Positions 14,745-29,439 are shown, numbered from the stretch's first letter. The stretch is 64,000 nucleotides of DNA from Marsupella aquatica (GCA_973895155.1 OZ316895.1:20288803-20352802), one strand, 5' to 3'. Notes: generated by a model from the sequence alone, not told the origin. Translations and numbers: made by a program.

Positions 14745-16681
14745 AGACCTTGGCTAAATGCAGCATTAAATTATTAGTTTCAGGAAATTTAAATAGCTTT
14801 TTAACTCTAAAGTTGGTTTACCATGTAGGACCCTTACAACACTATGACCCAGCTGACCTCCATGATAAAAAAGTCTATGGTTGGTTCTCACATTGTAGCT
14901 GATGGGGATTTTGTCCATTTAGGCTAGCCTTGTTTTGACCCAAATTTCTTCAATGGTACCTGCAGGAAATTTAGTCAATACCCGTGGCTTGGAGCTTTAG
15001 TTTCCTTAATATAAGATGAGGAACTTCTACAGTAACACAAACCATGCAGGACAGTATAATGTTTTTGGTCAGTCATATCCTTGAGCTTTGGAAGCCAACC
15101 AACCTCTGCATGCTTCCACTTTAGGTTGTGCACACAAGTTTTTCCTGCCAAGTAACCAGCTCATTAGCCCGGGTGGCTACTCGAAGGGGATCAACAAGTT
15201 GGTCACAAGTTATTTGCTAGACAGGTGAGGGTACCACCTCACATATGCTTCTGGAGAGCTACTGCCCCCAAGGGTACCTCCTCACATATGATTCTGGAGA
15301 TCTAGTGCCCCCCCAACTTTGGTGTGGTTATCTTACCCCAACAAGGTCTCTTTGCGCTGTCCTCTATCATGCTCATAGGCATCGGGGCACTGACCCTAAT
15401 AAAATCTCATCATCCTCAAACAGAGTTTAGGGCCGCCCCCTGCGACCAAATCTCAGGCACTGTTGCAGCAAGAGTCCCTGCGTGGCAGTTTTCAGGCCCA
15501 GCCATGGCTTCCGCTACCCACTACTACCTCAGCCACGAGGATGAGTCCAGCCACTGTGGCTAAGTCTTTCCCAACTTCACTTGCCCATAACCTGAAATCC
15601 TAACATCCATTGGAGATGTATCTTAGGGGGTTCCGATTGGAGATGTATCTTAGGGGGTTCAGATTGGGCTCATCTTTAAGTTATGGGGTCTGACTCCTTA
15701 TCAACTTCCCAAGATGGTGCTTCCATGCCTTGGATTTCCTTGGCTAGAGAGTAATCACGAGAAGGTCCTTTGCACCTTATAAGTAAGATTTCACTATGAT
15801 TGTTGTTTGGGTGAACCTATTGAATTGGAGGTATATGCTTGATGGGACCCTAGCCTTCCAGTCATGATTCTAATTTTGCAAACCTCCAAGAACTAAAGTA
15901 AAATGCTACACAAACCCACTATCATGTAGACATAGATTCTCTAAGACTTTATAATCATCTGAAAACACAATACATTTATGTCTTCAAACACATGTTCAAA
16001 CACACATGTACATGCCTTGGACTATAACTGGCCACCAACAAAGTGCAATGGGAGCATACAATTAGGCACCATACAAGAATATGTGCATTACCTACACAGA
16101 GAGCTTGGTTTGTATCAAATTTCTGTGGGGGCATCGTTTGTAACAAAGTTTGTAGGGACTCATCACATATATTTGTTTAGGGTCCCATCAAGCATATACC
16201 TCATTGAATTGTGGCCCACCAGCTCCATTTCCTTGTGATTATAATTCAAGTGATCCTCCAGAATCTCCTGAATCTCAACACCCCACCATGGTCAAAATGC
16301 TTCCCAACAAAAAAGTATGTTCATCCAAGGCAAAATTAGTCTCTGACCTTAGTTCCCACCCTCTGTACATATTGTGATTCGACTGGGCACCCATGCATAC
16401 CAGAAAGGAAACTGGTGCATGAAACCATGGAAGCTTCCACTTCTTAATTTTCACGTGTACATGTCTCACTTTCCATGTGCACGCGTATAGAGAACCTACG
16501 TAATAATGTATACGAAAAACACTCTAGGAATCCCAAATCGGGAGCAAAATACAGACGAAAATGTTATCGTTGGAAGCTCTCGAGGCAAGAACGCCGCTTC
16601 CTACATCCTGTTCAACCTCACCTAAGCCAATAGGAGGGAACCTTGACAACTTCTCAGCTTATAACAATTGAACAGCCTCCA

Positions 16682-19600
16682 TCAAAGCAATGGCTCCTTC
16701 CCGGTTGGCTCCAGCGGTTGACTTTCTAAGGTCTCAGGGCGGGCATTTGTTGTTTCTTCACATGCCGAGTTCCCCTCACCATACTGCAAAACAAAACAGA
16801 TCCATAACTAATCAGAATTCCACATTGCGCCTTCAAAATGTGAGACACTTCGCCTAAGTAAACCTAGTGGGCCAGGAAACTGAGCAGACGGGTGGATAGA
16901 CATTAACGCTCTTCATTACAGCACCTAATACATTAAATCGCAGAAAATTGACGCACCTTATATCATGTGGAGTAATAAATATCGATTGGGATCCCTCTTG
17001 AAGGGCAAATTCCACAACGGTATCGAGGCTGATTTTCCTGCTGACAGCATCCTGCGAATAATAATAACGGTTTGCTTGAGAACGCTTTACGTGAATCTTC
17101 CAGAAAATTCTGCAAACGAGACCTTGCTAGAATTTAAGAGGAACAAGAGACTCACGCAATCGTCATCTGGTGCACTGCTGTTTACGAGAATGACCATTCC
17201 CGACAATCATTAAGGTCAAATTGATTGCCCGGTAAAAATCTCTAACTTGACGTTAAAGAAGATCAGTCCATCGGTTTTGCTACTAAAGACTTGTAATCTG
17301 ACTTACCATGAAGACGTCAAACTCATCCATTGCTCGAAAGGGCGCCTCGGTCATGTTATGAAGTGCGAGAGCAAATGCCAAAGTGGTGAAAGACCTTTCA
17401 CTCCCTGAGAGTGCTCGTGCGTCTCTCACTGATGTATTGGAAGCATCGTGCGGCATTTGAACCTGCACGTGCAAGACAAGTTAGCCAGATCTGCTAACCA
17501 TCAGAAAACTGACCAAGTCATGAAGCTCCGTGGTTGTTTTTGGCACCATGACCAGTTCCCTTAATTGCAATAGAAGGGAAAGAATATGGCCTGGCCTGAA
17601 AAACAGGACGATTTCGAAAGTAAGATCTTACACTCAAATTTAGTGTCGTCTTTTCGTAGTCAACTTTGACATGGCCACCATACCCTTCCGTCCTAGATGC
17701 TCATTGAATCTGAAAGCGGAAAACCCACACCAGTTATAGAAGTAAGAGAGCTAGAATCTGAAAGACGTGAAAGAAGCCAAAACCTTTCAGTCGATCAACC
17801 AGAAAAACAACCACATATCTAATTTCTGAGTTGGATGCGTACCCCCATAAGAGCTCACGTCGCAAGTGCGTACAGTTCTCACCATACTTTTTCTTTCGTT
17901 CTTGCAAAGCTCCATTGAGCATCTGCATGCAACACACGATCCGAGACAGGCTAGCCGATGTGAAAAAGTGCCTTTGGGTACACTTGGACTAAATTTTCGT
18001 GTAGTGCAAGAACTCTGCTGTAATAGGTACTTTTAGGCTAATTTTCGTGTAGTGCAAGAGATCTGCTGTGATGGGTACTTTTGGACTCATTTTCGTGTAG
18101 TGCAAGAGATCTGCTGTGATAGGACTCCAAACAAACAAAAAAGCGCCTGTTCACATGGGTGATGTTAAGGCGGTGAGCACATCTTATGCGTAAATTGACA
18201 TGCGTCTAACTATAGCACTATGCTGATCTGGAGACACTTTCATAACAAAAAGAGTGGCAGTCAGTGCAGGATTCAGGAGTACTTACATCCAGTTTCTCTT
18301 TTAAGCTCGTAAACCATCTTTCTCTGGAAGCGATTTTCCTCTTGATTTTAGTTTGTTTTTTGATCAACTTCTCGATTGGTTCACTTTCACTGGAAAATGA
18401 AGAACATGGAAATGTCTTCTGACCCAAGGGATGGCCACCTTGTTTCCAAGTACCCAACAGAAAAATCTAGGCAGATATTGCACCACAATGTCATCTGAAT
18501 GCCCTTTTACTGAGAATGATGATGGATACTGTCAGTAAATGTGCTCAAAACTTGCATCCTCGTCAATAGCGGATGAACATACTTTTGCTGCCTTTCCACC
18601 TTCGCAGCTAGTCTCCTCATCTGATTGCTGAGCTGGTCTCTTGTCCTCGTATCCTCACCAAGTCGTTCCCTGTCCTCTTCTGGACATATTTTGATGGCAG
18701 TCTCACGGTGTTCCTATCAAGATCAGACACACAAAAACACACAAGAAGCGATTGGCATAAGTTTTCGCTTCCTTGAACCTGAACGTAGTTCAGAATTGTC
18801 GCCAAATCGATGAACGAAAGTGAAATTTAGACAATCACACTGTCCCAGGACCTGCATTTCTGGAGAGGGCTGTAGATCACAAAGTCTCCAATAACCAGGT
18901 TGAATTATTCTATTCGAAAACGAACTCCACTACAATTTTATGGAAACTGAAACAGTTAAACGTGTCTCCAGGAAGGTAGCGTGCCCAGTCGATTCCTCAT
19001 TAAATTGTTTAGAATGTTCATAACGAACAAATCAGCATCTCGCGATGATTAACATTCAGAAAACTTCTACATTGCATAATCATAACAATTCACAGGAGTC
19101 TAAGCGTTCGCATCACACCTCCAGCGCCTTCTTACATCTTCAGTTAACTTCTTTTGCCTTTGAATTGTCAAGACAACCACAAGCACAATAACTATCAATT
19201 AGCCTTTCAAAGACCGTTAATCAATGCAATGAGAGCTTGAAACGATCCTCCTGAATTCTTGAAATGCGCCAATGATTTTAGAGACAAGAAGAATCTATAT
19301 GCATGAACGCTACGAGAGAAAACAATGCTTTCAGGGAAATAAGAAGTAAAAGACAAACTGCTGAATATGAGATTAAAAACACCAACTCCTACGGTACCGA
19401 AAGAAACTTACTTGGTCAGCCTCCAAAATCTCTTGATTAAGCGTTACCAGTTCCTGCTTTGCAACTCGTAAAGACTCAACATCTCCTCTAATAGATTCTG
19501 CAAGTTACGGAGTTCAAAAGATCTTTATACAGTTAAAGGATATTTAAAAATAAAGCCAGTTATATATCCAGAAATAATAGTAATTCAAAAATCAGTCTGT

Positions 19601-20281
19601 TGTTAAATAACTTCTAACGCAATGAAAGAAAACTGGTCCGAAACGTAACTTATGAAAAGTGCATTTTACCAATCCATTGATCATTCTCAAGTTTAGCAGC
19701 ATCCCATTTCAACTTAGCTAAGTCCAGCTTCACTTGGGACTTCTCCAACGCCTCTTGCTTGGATTGTATCTCTTCACGGGCTCTCTAAATCCAAAACACA
19801 AAGATCACCATGGTTATGTTCTGAAACTATTATTTTGCTGTCATTTGAAGTATAGAAGAAAGTGCACTTTTAGTATAAATCAACTAGAATTACAATAATT
19901 TGCGTGCATTGATTTTGTAAAGCTTTGCAATGACTAAAACCTACCAATTCCACCAAAGTCTACCATACCTAGTGACCAAGTACCCTGACTATAAATTGCC
20001 TGCCGCTTGCGTTAACGAAAACTAAGACAAACTTTAACGTTTTAGAATTCAAATTGAGACTCTAATGCAGACTAATGGATGAATATAATCGTTTAGGTCT
20101 ACTGCTGCAAAAGCAGAGCATTCCGTAGCATGCCTGCAATCGTACTAACCACAGTCTCCTGTTCGAGCTCGAGCATATTTGATTCTTTATTCAAGTCAGG
20201 CTCAATGGATACAGCCTTTCTCAAATCCCGGAGTGCAACCTCCCGACTTTGCAAAGCCCGTTCTTCGTTTCTTTTCCTACG
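16682..20281 (-). CDS. SMC6: SMC6-like protein, C-terminal exons only (second coiled-coil arm + C-terminal ATPase head); probably a truncated gene or pseudogene
   Basis: GT-AG exons at ~20150-20281, 19670-19785, 19410-19497, 18584-18713 (AIKICPEEDRERLG), 18290-18390, 17843-17922, 17632-17709 (FNEHLGRKGMGGHVKVDYE), 17307-17462 (LSGSERSFTTLAFALALHNMTEAPFRAMDEFDVFM), 16958-17052 (DAVSRKISLDTVVEFALQEGSQSIFITPHDI) and 16682-16783 with TGA stop. Confidence 0.9.
17976..18122. repeat. Intronic tandem repeat, 3 x ~48 bp
   Basis: TTTTCGTGTAGTGCAAGA(G)ATCTGCTGT recurs with a 48-bp period. Confidence 0.85.
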
Positions 20282-20599
20282 CTGCAAAATAATTCAAGAA
20301 GCAAATCAGTTATCCCTTCACGCAACACATCAACAACAAAACATATACAGCCATCACGAGAAGTACTTTCAATGCAACTTGAGTCATCTAGCATCCCTTC
20401 GATACCGTGGAGGAAACCGTCGAGCACAGTTTTGCTGAAGTGCAATTTAGCTACCCACACATTAAACAGTAGTTCACATTGCAGCTGGTTTTGCGATTGA
20501 TGTTAATTATGATTGCCATGGTAAGTTTGGCAACTATTTCAAGTGTCAAACATTGACTTGTACATTTTTGAATTTTGTTTTCTTTAGATTTGGAGGTCC

Positions 20600-20870
20600 A
20601 TCCAGGCTTCAGTTTCTAGATATATAACTGCCTCTAAAGTAACATGGGGGTCCAAGGATTAATTGAGATGCGTGAAAGATCTTGATAAGCAATCTATTCT
20701 GATGGTGGATTTGTTACTTGGTGCATTGGGGGGCAGCCATTCTAAACCTGGATCAAGGGAAAATTCCTTTTAATTGATGTCATTTCTGTGCCTTCAAATT
20801 GCACTTCTTAGCTGCAACCTTGTGATGTCATTCTGCAAGGGCCTTTCAAGGCTGCTATTCACTGAAGATG
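20600..20870 (+). pseudogene. pogo/Tc1-mariner DDE_1 transposase remnant
   Basis: ~20785-20856 translates as SVPSNCTS*LQPCDVILQGPFKAA, matching the P.NCTS.LQP.D motif. Confidence 0.6.
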
Positions 20871-23800
20871 GTTGCTTGACTAACCCTTGATGCTCTTTGT
20901 CTTAGTTGAGACTCACATAAGTCCTGTGTGCAATGTGCTTTGTGATTCGTTGCTGTTTGGATGGGAGCATGTACACCAAAAAATTCATGATCTCAAAAGG
21001 TTAAGAGAAGTTCAGGGTGCCTAAAGCATGGAGCTGGGAGGCTCAACAATAGCTAAGGCCATGCATGAAAACTAACCTTGCTCACAATTATTTAACCCTA
21101 CTAAGATGGTGTTTGTGAAGGAGGGCAAGTATCCAAATGGAACCCTATGATACAGGAGATGTCACACAAACTCGTTGCACGCTGAATTAAGTTGGTGAGC
21201 CACACAACATTTATCAAGAAGGCTACCTCACCAGGGAGGAAGGAGACCATCACAAAAATCATTTGGGTCATTTTGATGTTTATTTAATGTAGAATAGAAT
21301 AGTGCAAATTTTTACATCTGTTTGATGTCATTTCTACAACACCCCATTACAATAAACTTCACCTAAAACATTGGATATACAATCACATTGACATTGAACA
21401 TATATACATCTAATGCAAATTGGAGGTTAATATCCAAAATGCTCCAAGTCAATTTGATATACATTTCTATACACTACCAATGTGGATATCAAATGGATAT
21501 ACAACCCACTAATGTGATGAAGGAAGATGTTTTCCACAAAGCCATGGTTGCGGCAGCTGCTGCCAGGCATTTGAGATGTTGTCGGGGATGCTGCAGAGGA
21601 TCAAGGCCAACGGTGAAGTGAGAGGGGCACATGATGGGTAGACCACATATTCATCAGCAATTGAGTGGAGAACTCTTGCAAGAATGCAAAATGCCTTACA
21701 AGAAATGATTATTTTATTTGTGTCCAGTTTGGTGTGATAATGCCCTCTGTGATTTTTCACTTTGAAATTTCACTACAGTCTTGGAGAAGAAGGCGCACCC
21801 AAAATTTAGATCAACTCATTACAAAAATTCTCATTCTTGCATATTCTTGCCTATTAATCAACAAGAAATATGGCTAGAAAACCCTGAAGCAGTTCAAACA
21901 AGGGGGCCACATTTCATACATAAACACTTTAGTGAGAGTTTCCACTTTACATGTTTGAGGCATTCATTTTCTACTATACACATCTTGCTCTGGGGAGTAC
22001 ATTATGCAATGACCCATCAATCTAGGCATATATGTTACTCAAAGTCTGAAGTCCAAGCACCCTGGCCAACTGTAGGTGTTGGTTTTTGACAAACTTGTGT
22101 AGTTATCTGGACAACTTCTGTATCTTTGTTTAATTTCAAATAATGCCAGCGTAGTCTCTGTTGTCCGGTCTACCATCTCACAAAGTCAAAGATGGTTTGC
22201 TCCATTTCCAATGAACACAAAATGGTCAAATATTATAAACTAACTGGAAACAATGATTCACTTTTGTGAAGGGAGCTCAGGAATTCGGCCATGAACCACA
22301 AATTACCACCTTGGGAAAAAAGTCTTCAGTTTTGTGAATGACACCCCAGTAGGTTAATGGACTAAAAATGGATTCAAAATGATAAAACAAAAAAATGAAA
22401 CAAAAGCCTGGATGGACTGGCACGTTTGCCCCGGTTATCTCCATGGACTGTGACAGGGGACATACAATTTTACACCTAATCATGAGATAATTCAACTGCA
22501 AATGGATGACAAATTCTCTCATTAATTGTCAATCTACATTTATGTCAATCTAAGAACTCTAAGAACGTTATGTGTTCACCTCAAAGCCAAATTGAAAATG
22601 TAAATGGGATAGAGTGAAGATGCACATTTAAAATCTTTCGTAGCTCTGCAATGGCAAAGTACTCGAAGCGCTCCTTGTAACAAGAGCAACACTATATGAA
22701 AAATATGAGTTCTGGTAGCTTTGTTTCCAAAAAATTACTTGTAGTTTTTCTCTGAGAAATTTTAGTAGCGCCACCTGAAAAATTGAATTCATCAACTCCC
22801 CCACAAAATTCTCAAGTAGCTCTATAGCAATAAATTAATTAAAACACTATTTAGAACAAGAACAATGATCTCTAAAAATTGTATTCCCACAACAATGCTT
22901 ATGCAAATTGGAATTTACTTGGCTCCACAATGAAAAAATTACTATAATCCTGGTAACAAGAGCAATGCTCTAAAAGAAACAACATCATGTAAAAACATTT
23001 TTGGAAGTCGTATAGTCATTCCATAAACCATCAATGCACTAGAATCTCAAAAAAATAGATAGAACAATTGTAATTCATTTTATGAAAATTTGAGTTTATC
23101 TAGGCTTTAGATTTGACCCCCTAACCTCCTTGGTGGGAATTGTTTCCTTGGTTCATGAGTCATTGTGTTACTTTCGTCCCTTTTTGCAGGCCTTATAAAC
23201 ATAAAAATATATTTTTGAGTACATTAGATTAATTTGGTTTTTATCATTGAGCAAATTACTTGATACGGTATGAGTAAAATGTGAAGCACTCAATCTACTC
23301 AAAATGTCATCTCCCATGAAAGTTAGATAAGGTATTTACATAAGTACCTAAATGTGCTTTACATTTTATCTTTTTTATTAAACTCTAAAAAAATGGTTAG
23401 AATAACTTTGTGGAGGGGAAAGAGTTGGAAGAATGAAGCGCAGCCTTCAATTAAAGTGCTTTGGCCTCTGTCAACGTATCTTTAAGACAAAAATGGTGAC
23501 ATAGTTTACTGACAAGGAAAATGCTGGGACAGAGGTGATGATTTGGTTGCTTACAGTGTGATGTTAGGACAGAAGTGTAAAAAACAATATTCAGGCATAA
23601 TTTAGGTTTCAGTCAAGTCCATGCAGGTTTGGTTTATCCATGAGGGCTTCATGGAGAACGTGCAGGTCCATCCTGGCTTTAAGTTCCAAAAAAAATGGAC
23701 TAAAAATGATCAAAAGCCAGTTTACAAGTCAAATTCCAGTCAAGACCATAAAAGGTGCCCAGTGAAGTCTATTCTGGCATTCTCCACGAGTCCATCCAAG

Positions 23801-24059
23801 CTTTGGACTCCATGAAACCCCACAACAAACCTTTAGGTCCATCTGGCTTTATTTTCCATATTATCCTCTACATTTACTAGAAATAAAAATAGAGTGATGA
23901 ATAGTGAGTTCTTACTGTCATCACTGTGTAAGCCAAATGAGCCAATGATTGGTCAGCAAACCGACGGCGGATCTTCTTTGAGGTTCCCGCGTTCAAGGAT
24001 TTTCGATTTGGATACCTTTTTATTACTTGTAGACGTTCGCTCGCTCAGATTAGATGTTT

Positions 24060-24500
24060 GCTCCGTATGTTTGACGCTTTGAGCATTTCTGATAAGCCTT
24101 TGAGCATCAGTTTGGTTCTGTTGGTTTTCGCGCTGGAAGTCCGTTTCTCCCTTGGCTTCTGCAATTCTGGTCAGTGTTTAGAGCAGCTTCGACTTCGATT
24201 GCTCCGGATGTTTTCTGATAACTCTTGAGCTTAGCGTGAATTTGGTTTTGTTGGTTTTCGCGCGCTGAAGTCCGTTTATCCGTTCGCTTCAGCAATTCTT
24301 TTCAGTGTTTAGAGCTAAGCCTCGACTTCGATTGCTCCGGATGTTGACGCTTTGAGCATTTCTGATTAGTCTGTGAGCTCAGCGTCAATTTGGTTTCGTT
24401 GGCTTCAGATCAGTGTTCAGAGCTTAGCTTCAACCTCGATTGCTCGATGTTTTTCCTGATAACTCTTTTAGCTCAGCATCAGTTTGGTCTCCTTGGCTTT
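24060..24500. repeat. Degenerate tandem repeats followed by telomere-type CCCTAAA copies and a GA tract
   Basis: CTTCGATTGCTC(C)GATG and GTTGGTTTTCGCG recur about three times; CCCTAAACCCTAAACCCTA at ~24518-24536. Confidence 0.65.
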
Positions 24501-24917
24501 CGCGCGCAGAAGTCCGTCCCTAAACCCTAAACCCTACACGCAGAGAGAAGAAGAGAGAGAAGTCATTGGTGTCATCAAATCACTAACAATGCATAATCGT
24601 TTAAGACAAAAACTTTCATGGAAACAAATTTCCAATTGTGGAATTCAGAATCGACCAAAAGCTAGAGAAATTTAGAAATTCATGATCACTTTAGTACTTG
24701 ATAAAATCTCCCAATGTTATATTCATTGGAAAGCTAGAGAACTTTGGAAACTTATAATCTCCCCATAACTCAACTAAATCTATCAATGTTAAGTTCATTA
24801 AAAAGCTAAAGAAATTCTAAAATTCATAATCTCTTTAGTATTGAATAAAATCTATCAATAGTAGGTTCATTCTCATGGAAGGGGTCAACATTTCAGGGTT
24901 GTACAACAAAGATTTCT

Positions 24918-27900
24918 TTTTTTTTGCCTCGAAAAAACTAATTGAATTCCATTCCAAAAAGTCAGCATACAACGCGGGGGGCCCAAAAGCGGGACCAACC
25001 CCAAGGGACCAAAGGTCGAGAGAGCCGAGGCCAGAAAAGGCCAGAACCGGAGAAGAAGCAGAGCCTCAAGATGAGGTAGTAACCAAACCAGAAGTTTAGA
25101 AAACTACAGAAGGAGGAGCAAAACTCCGAAGACTGGCCAGTGCCCAGGGACCGGCGAGGTCCCCTGCAGTGGATCCAAGATAGAGATAATCCTATCAGTC
25201 TACCTGCAATACAACCCCTAACCCAGCAAGACTCAAGGAAATCACGGAGGGCGCGGGGGAACTGGTGGGACTTGGAGAATATTTTCGTGGATCTTCCATA
25301 GTCCATCCCAGGTACCAAAATCCTGGCACATCTGGTGATGTGCCTCAACAAAATTGGATTTCCCAACCCGGATCCTGGCTCGATGTCGTGCCCAGTCACG
25401 CCTGATGTAGATACTGAGACGATGTCAGGTCTTCCTAATGACAGTGTACGTGTTGGGGTGTGTATGCTCTATGTAGTGGGTACAGCGTTCTTTCCATACT
25501 TGCCAGCAAGTGATAGCCCTTAGGATGTGCCAAAGCTTTGCGGGAATATCTCATTCTTCCGGTACGCCTGCTCTCACAAAAATGTGTATTGGTTGCAGTT
25601 GGACCGGAGTACTCCTGGAGAAAGCGCAGAGTTGTAGAATGTTTTGTACCCAACTCCAAACTGCCTATGACAACTCGCAATTCCATATGCAATGGACGAT
25701 GTCCTCCTACTGATTCCTCCCGCATCTGGTACACCAGGTGGTAGGATCGGTTGGAGGAAGTGTGGGGAACCTCCAATGTTGTGTGGCGGGTATTCTATGT
25801 ATGAGCTGCCACAAATAACAGTTCTTGCTAGCAGAGCAGAAAGGAAGCCAGGTGTTAGCCCAAAGGTGAGGGAGGTTGGGGCTCCAATTCAACCTGCTCG
25901 CCCATTTGCGGATAGCCTTGTGTGCGAAATCTGCTGGCCGTCCTTGAATCTCCCTCAATTGTGCAGTGGTCATGTCCAAGAAGGATTTGCCGTCTTTCCA
26001 TTCGTATTGTAGCAATGGTGTGAGGGTTCCGGTGGGACGCCCAATTCTCAGGAGGAGAGTTATGCTGGTGTTTTGCTGCCAAACCATCACCCTGTGTAAA
26101 AGAGTCCCTGTAGGGGGAGGAGCATTATCAATTCTAGATAGGCAACCGTTCGATACATTGAATGTTCTCTTGGGGACGGATGCATCCTGGAATTGTTGCC
26201 ATTGGGTCGTGATGTACCTCCTCTATGTGAGGTACTCCCAGATGTAAAGAATCCCATCAGGTAGAGTTGCCTCCATGAAAATAGATAGTACTTCCTCTGG
26301 GGCGTAGTGCAGCTCCAAGACACTCCTGAGATTAAGAATCATCTTTCTATAAGCACTAGCACAATTGCCTGGTAAAATCACACAAGGACCATCCTCCCAG
26401 ATAATAAAATTCCCTTCCCCATCTAGGACGTCTCTCATGGAGCGGAAGCCAGCTTGCTTGATTTTCCGTTGAGGGTTGGTGCGGCACTTTGCCATCGACG
26501 AGTTGATGTGGTTTAGATGTGGCCTCCACAGAGGGAGATCCCTCCAACCCTCAAGGTGGCCAGGTTGTGAAGGTCTCAGATTTTTCTTAAGGACATTCCA
26601 TGCGGTGCAAACGTTGGTCCATACGCGTGATCCGGCCAGTGGTAGAGTGTGACATTGTGAGAATACCCAGGTGAAGTCCTCCGTTCCCCATCTTTGTAGT
26701 GATAGCTGCTTCATTTTGTATTGGAGGATGCGGCGCAAGGGATGATCCCCTTCGGCAAGTGCCCAAATGATGAATTTTCCAGCGAGGGCCCTGAATTGAG
26801 CTGAAAGCGAAATCAAGCCCAATCCGCCAAGTCGCTTAGGTCGTGTAATAGAAGCAAAGTCCACCCTTGCCCTGGCCTTCGTGTTCTGTCCAGCCCATAC
26901 GAAAGTAGTAATCTTCTTCTGGAGATCGTCCAAGGTATTCAATTGGCCTGCCCACACGGTGAGCGTGTACCAAAGAGTGCTCATGACTAAGTGATTGGCC
27001 ACAGTGACCCGAGCAATCAGAGAAGCAGAGCTCCTGCAGACCCGATCTAACCTAGTCTCCAGCCTCTCAGACAATGTTGAGACCATTTGTGATTCCGAGA
27101 TGTGTTGAGCCAAAGGAACTCCTAGAAGCTTGGTGGCATTGGTGTCGTCCTCCCACTGCCAGGGTAAGCACTTGAATTCCGTTGGAATGGGATGGGGTGA
27201 GATATACACGGCTTTGGTCTTCTCCCAGGCACAATAGAGACCAGAAGCCATGCCAAAAAGCTGAAGAATCATCTTGCATCGATCCACATAATGCATCACT
27301 ACGCGAATGAGCATGGCAATATCGTCTGCGAACAAATTGTGCACATTGTGTACCGCCACATGTTGAATGTCCACGCCCCGAATTGTGCCCCGACTGACTT
27401 CCCACTGAATTATTCAGCTGAGGGAATCGATAGCGATGAGGAACAACAAGGGAGATAAGGGGCATCCCTGCCTAACCGAGCGAGCCAATCTGAAGGGTGA
27501 GGCCATTCGCCCGTTAATCATTACCACAGAGGTGGCAGATGCATGTGTGGCCTGCAAGAAATCCATGAGCAGGCCCCCAAATCCAACTTTTGCCAACAGG
27601 GACTCGAGGAAGCGCCATTCCAATTTATCGAATGCCTTGGTGATATCCAACTTCAGTAGGATGTATTCCAAACCAGAACACTCGGCATGGTGCAGCATCT
27701 CGTTGAGAAGCATAAGTGAGTGGTGGATATTGCGGCCCGGAAGGAAAGCGAATTGTTGATGCGAAATGAATTTCTGGAGGATAGGGGTTAACCTCAGCTG
27801 AAGGGCTTTCGCACCAATCTTATGCACCGTATTGAGTAGCGTGATGGGTCGCTTATTGGTTAGGTATCGTTGGTCATCTTTCTTGGGAAGGAGCACAATG

Positions 27901-29439
27901 AATCCGCGAGTTATCTCCTAAGAGAAATTCCCCATGCTGATCCCGTGAAGTAGGGCGCGTTGCACAGATGGTCCCACCTTGCCCCAATGTGCCAAGAAAA
28001 ATTCAACCGGGACCCCGTCTGGTCCAGGACATTTGTTTTTTGCTAATGCCGCAGTTGCCTTCCCAAGCTCCTCCATCGTAAGGGGTTGGTTCAGCAAAAT
28101 CCTGTCATCCTGGGGGATGCGCTCTGATTGTTGGTCGAGTACTTGCATCACCTGTTCCCAGTGGTGTCCAGCAGATTGGCCAAGAATGCCTTGAAAGAAG
28201 AGGGTGGCAGTGTCTGCCATGGCATTCCACTCACTGACGATGCATTCCTCTAAGTTGAAGAGTTGAGTGATCTCCTTGTTTTGGGCCAGCCCCTTGAAGC
28301 TCCTGAAGAAAAGTTTAGAGCATTTATCTCCCTCCCCAATCCACCTTGATTGTAGGACATAGTCCATCCATTGGACCCGCTCAACTTCAAATTCATGAAG
28401 TAAGGTTTCTGCCTCCTTCACCGCAGCTTGTTTCCTGAAGTCCTATGGGTTGGTTTCAAGAAGCAGTTGTGCTAAAGCCAGATTACGGCGTAATGTAATT
28501 TCCCTTTGACGCCTTTCAGCAGCCTTCCTCTTGCCCCAACACCTGTCAATCTTCCTAGCTTTTTTGAGACAGCGAATGAGAGTGAGGTCCGGTGGCAATC
28601 CGCTCAAATTGCACAAAAGTTCCTCCTGTTCCCACATGGTGATGATCCGTTCCTAATAGTCCCCCTGTGGCTGGTGGCTGGTATTCATGCAGTGCTGTGA
28701 TGGCCTCTGAATGGGGACAAGAGGTACGACAGTGGCCAACACCGGTGCATGGTCTGATAAGGTAATCCCGGGCAGAATGGTCGATGTAACTGTGAAATTC
28801 CCTTGGAACGTCCCCTTGGAAGTGTAGATTCTGTCAAGCCTTCTCAAGACCCGTCTGCCAACCAACACCTCATTTGTTCTGTCAGGTACGTGTCAAAACC
28901 TCTTTTTGTTATCCCAGCTGAATCGAAGATGCCCCTGTTGCGCCTGAAAGAAGTCCACCAAATGCAGCCTCCTCTTGAGATGTTGCCAGGCTCTCTTCTC
29001 ACTGCCCGCAAGGGTAGATCCCTGCCCCCCACAGTGGTCAGAGATATTCTCGATCATATTGAAGTCGCCCAGTAGCATCCAAGAAAAGGATGGATCCAGC
29101 CGATTGAAAAGTTCCCTCCACAAGTTAGTCCTTCCACGAGCTGAATTAGGTGCATAGATTCCAAGGAAACCCACCTTGCCAAGCCCAGCGTGGACCATAC
29201 AGCACCAAGCAGCCCGCCCACAAGTTAAAACCCCCTCCGAGACCACAAATTGAAAGAGACTATTCCTAATGGCAATCGCCATTCCACCCTAGCCAGCCTC
29301 CACTCTGTTATTACGTGTGGAATGAGCTCCATCCGCTGTAGGAGCACAAACCCAGTGTGCAGTTCGCCAAGTTTCTTGAAGCTTATTGATTCTGCCAGCC
29401 CAAAGCTTGTGTTCCTGTATGCACAAAATATCAGGGGAA
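24918..29439 (-). mobile_element. 5'-truncated L1-like LINE (ORF2: endonuclease, RT, zf-RVT), pseudogenised
   Basis: Endonuclease motifs LCIQE, IYAPN, LGDFN, RLDRIY and SDH; RT motifs KCPGPDG, LKLDITKAFD, VRQGCPLSP and LFADD; C-terminal CTRC zinc motif. A T-tract (poly-A on the - strand) lies at ~24917-24925. The 15-bp TSD ACAACAAAGATTTCT is at 24903-24917 and 29440-29454. There are multiple in-frame stops. Confidence 0.93.

Noticed and set aside
21509-21900. Possible Harbinger transposase remnant
   Set aside because: Only a faint IIISC..CIL similarity.
24518-24536. Telomere array
   Set aside because: Fewer than three CCCTAAA units; a common interstitial telo-box-type motif.
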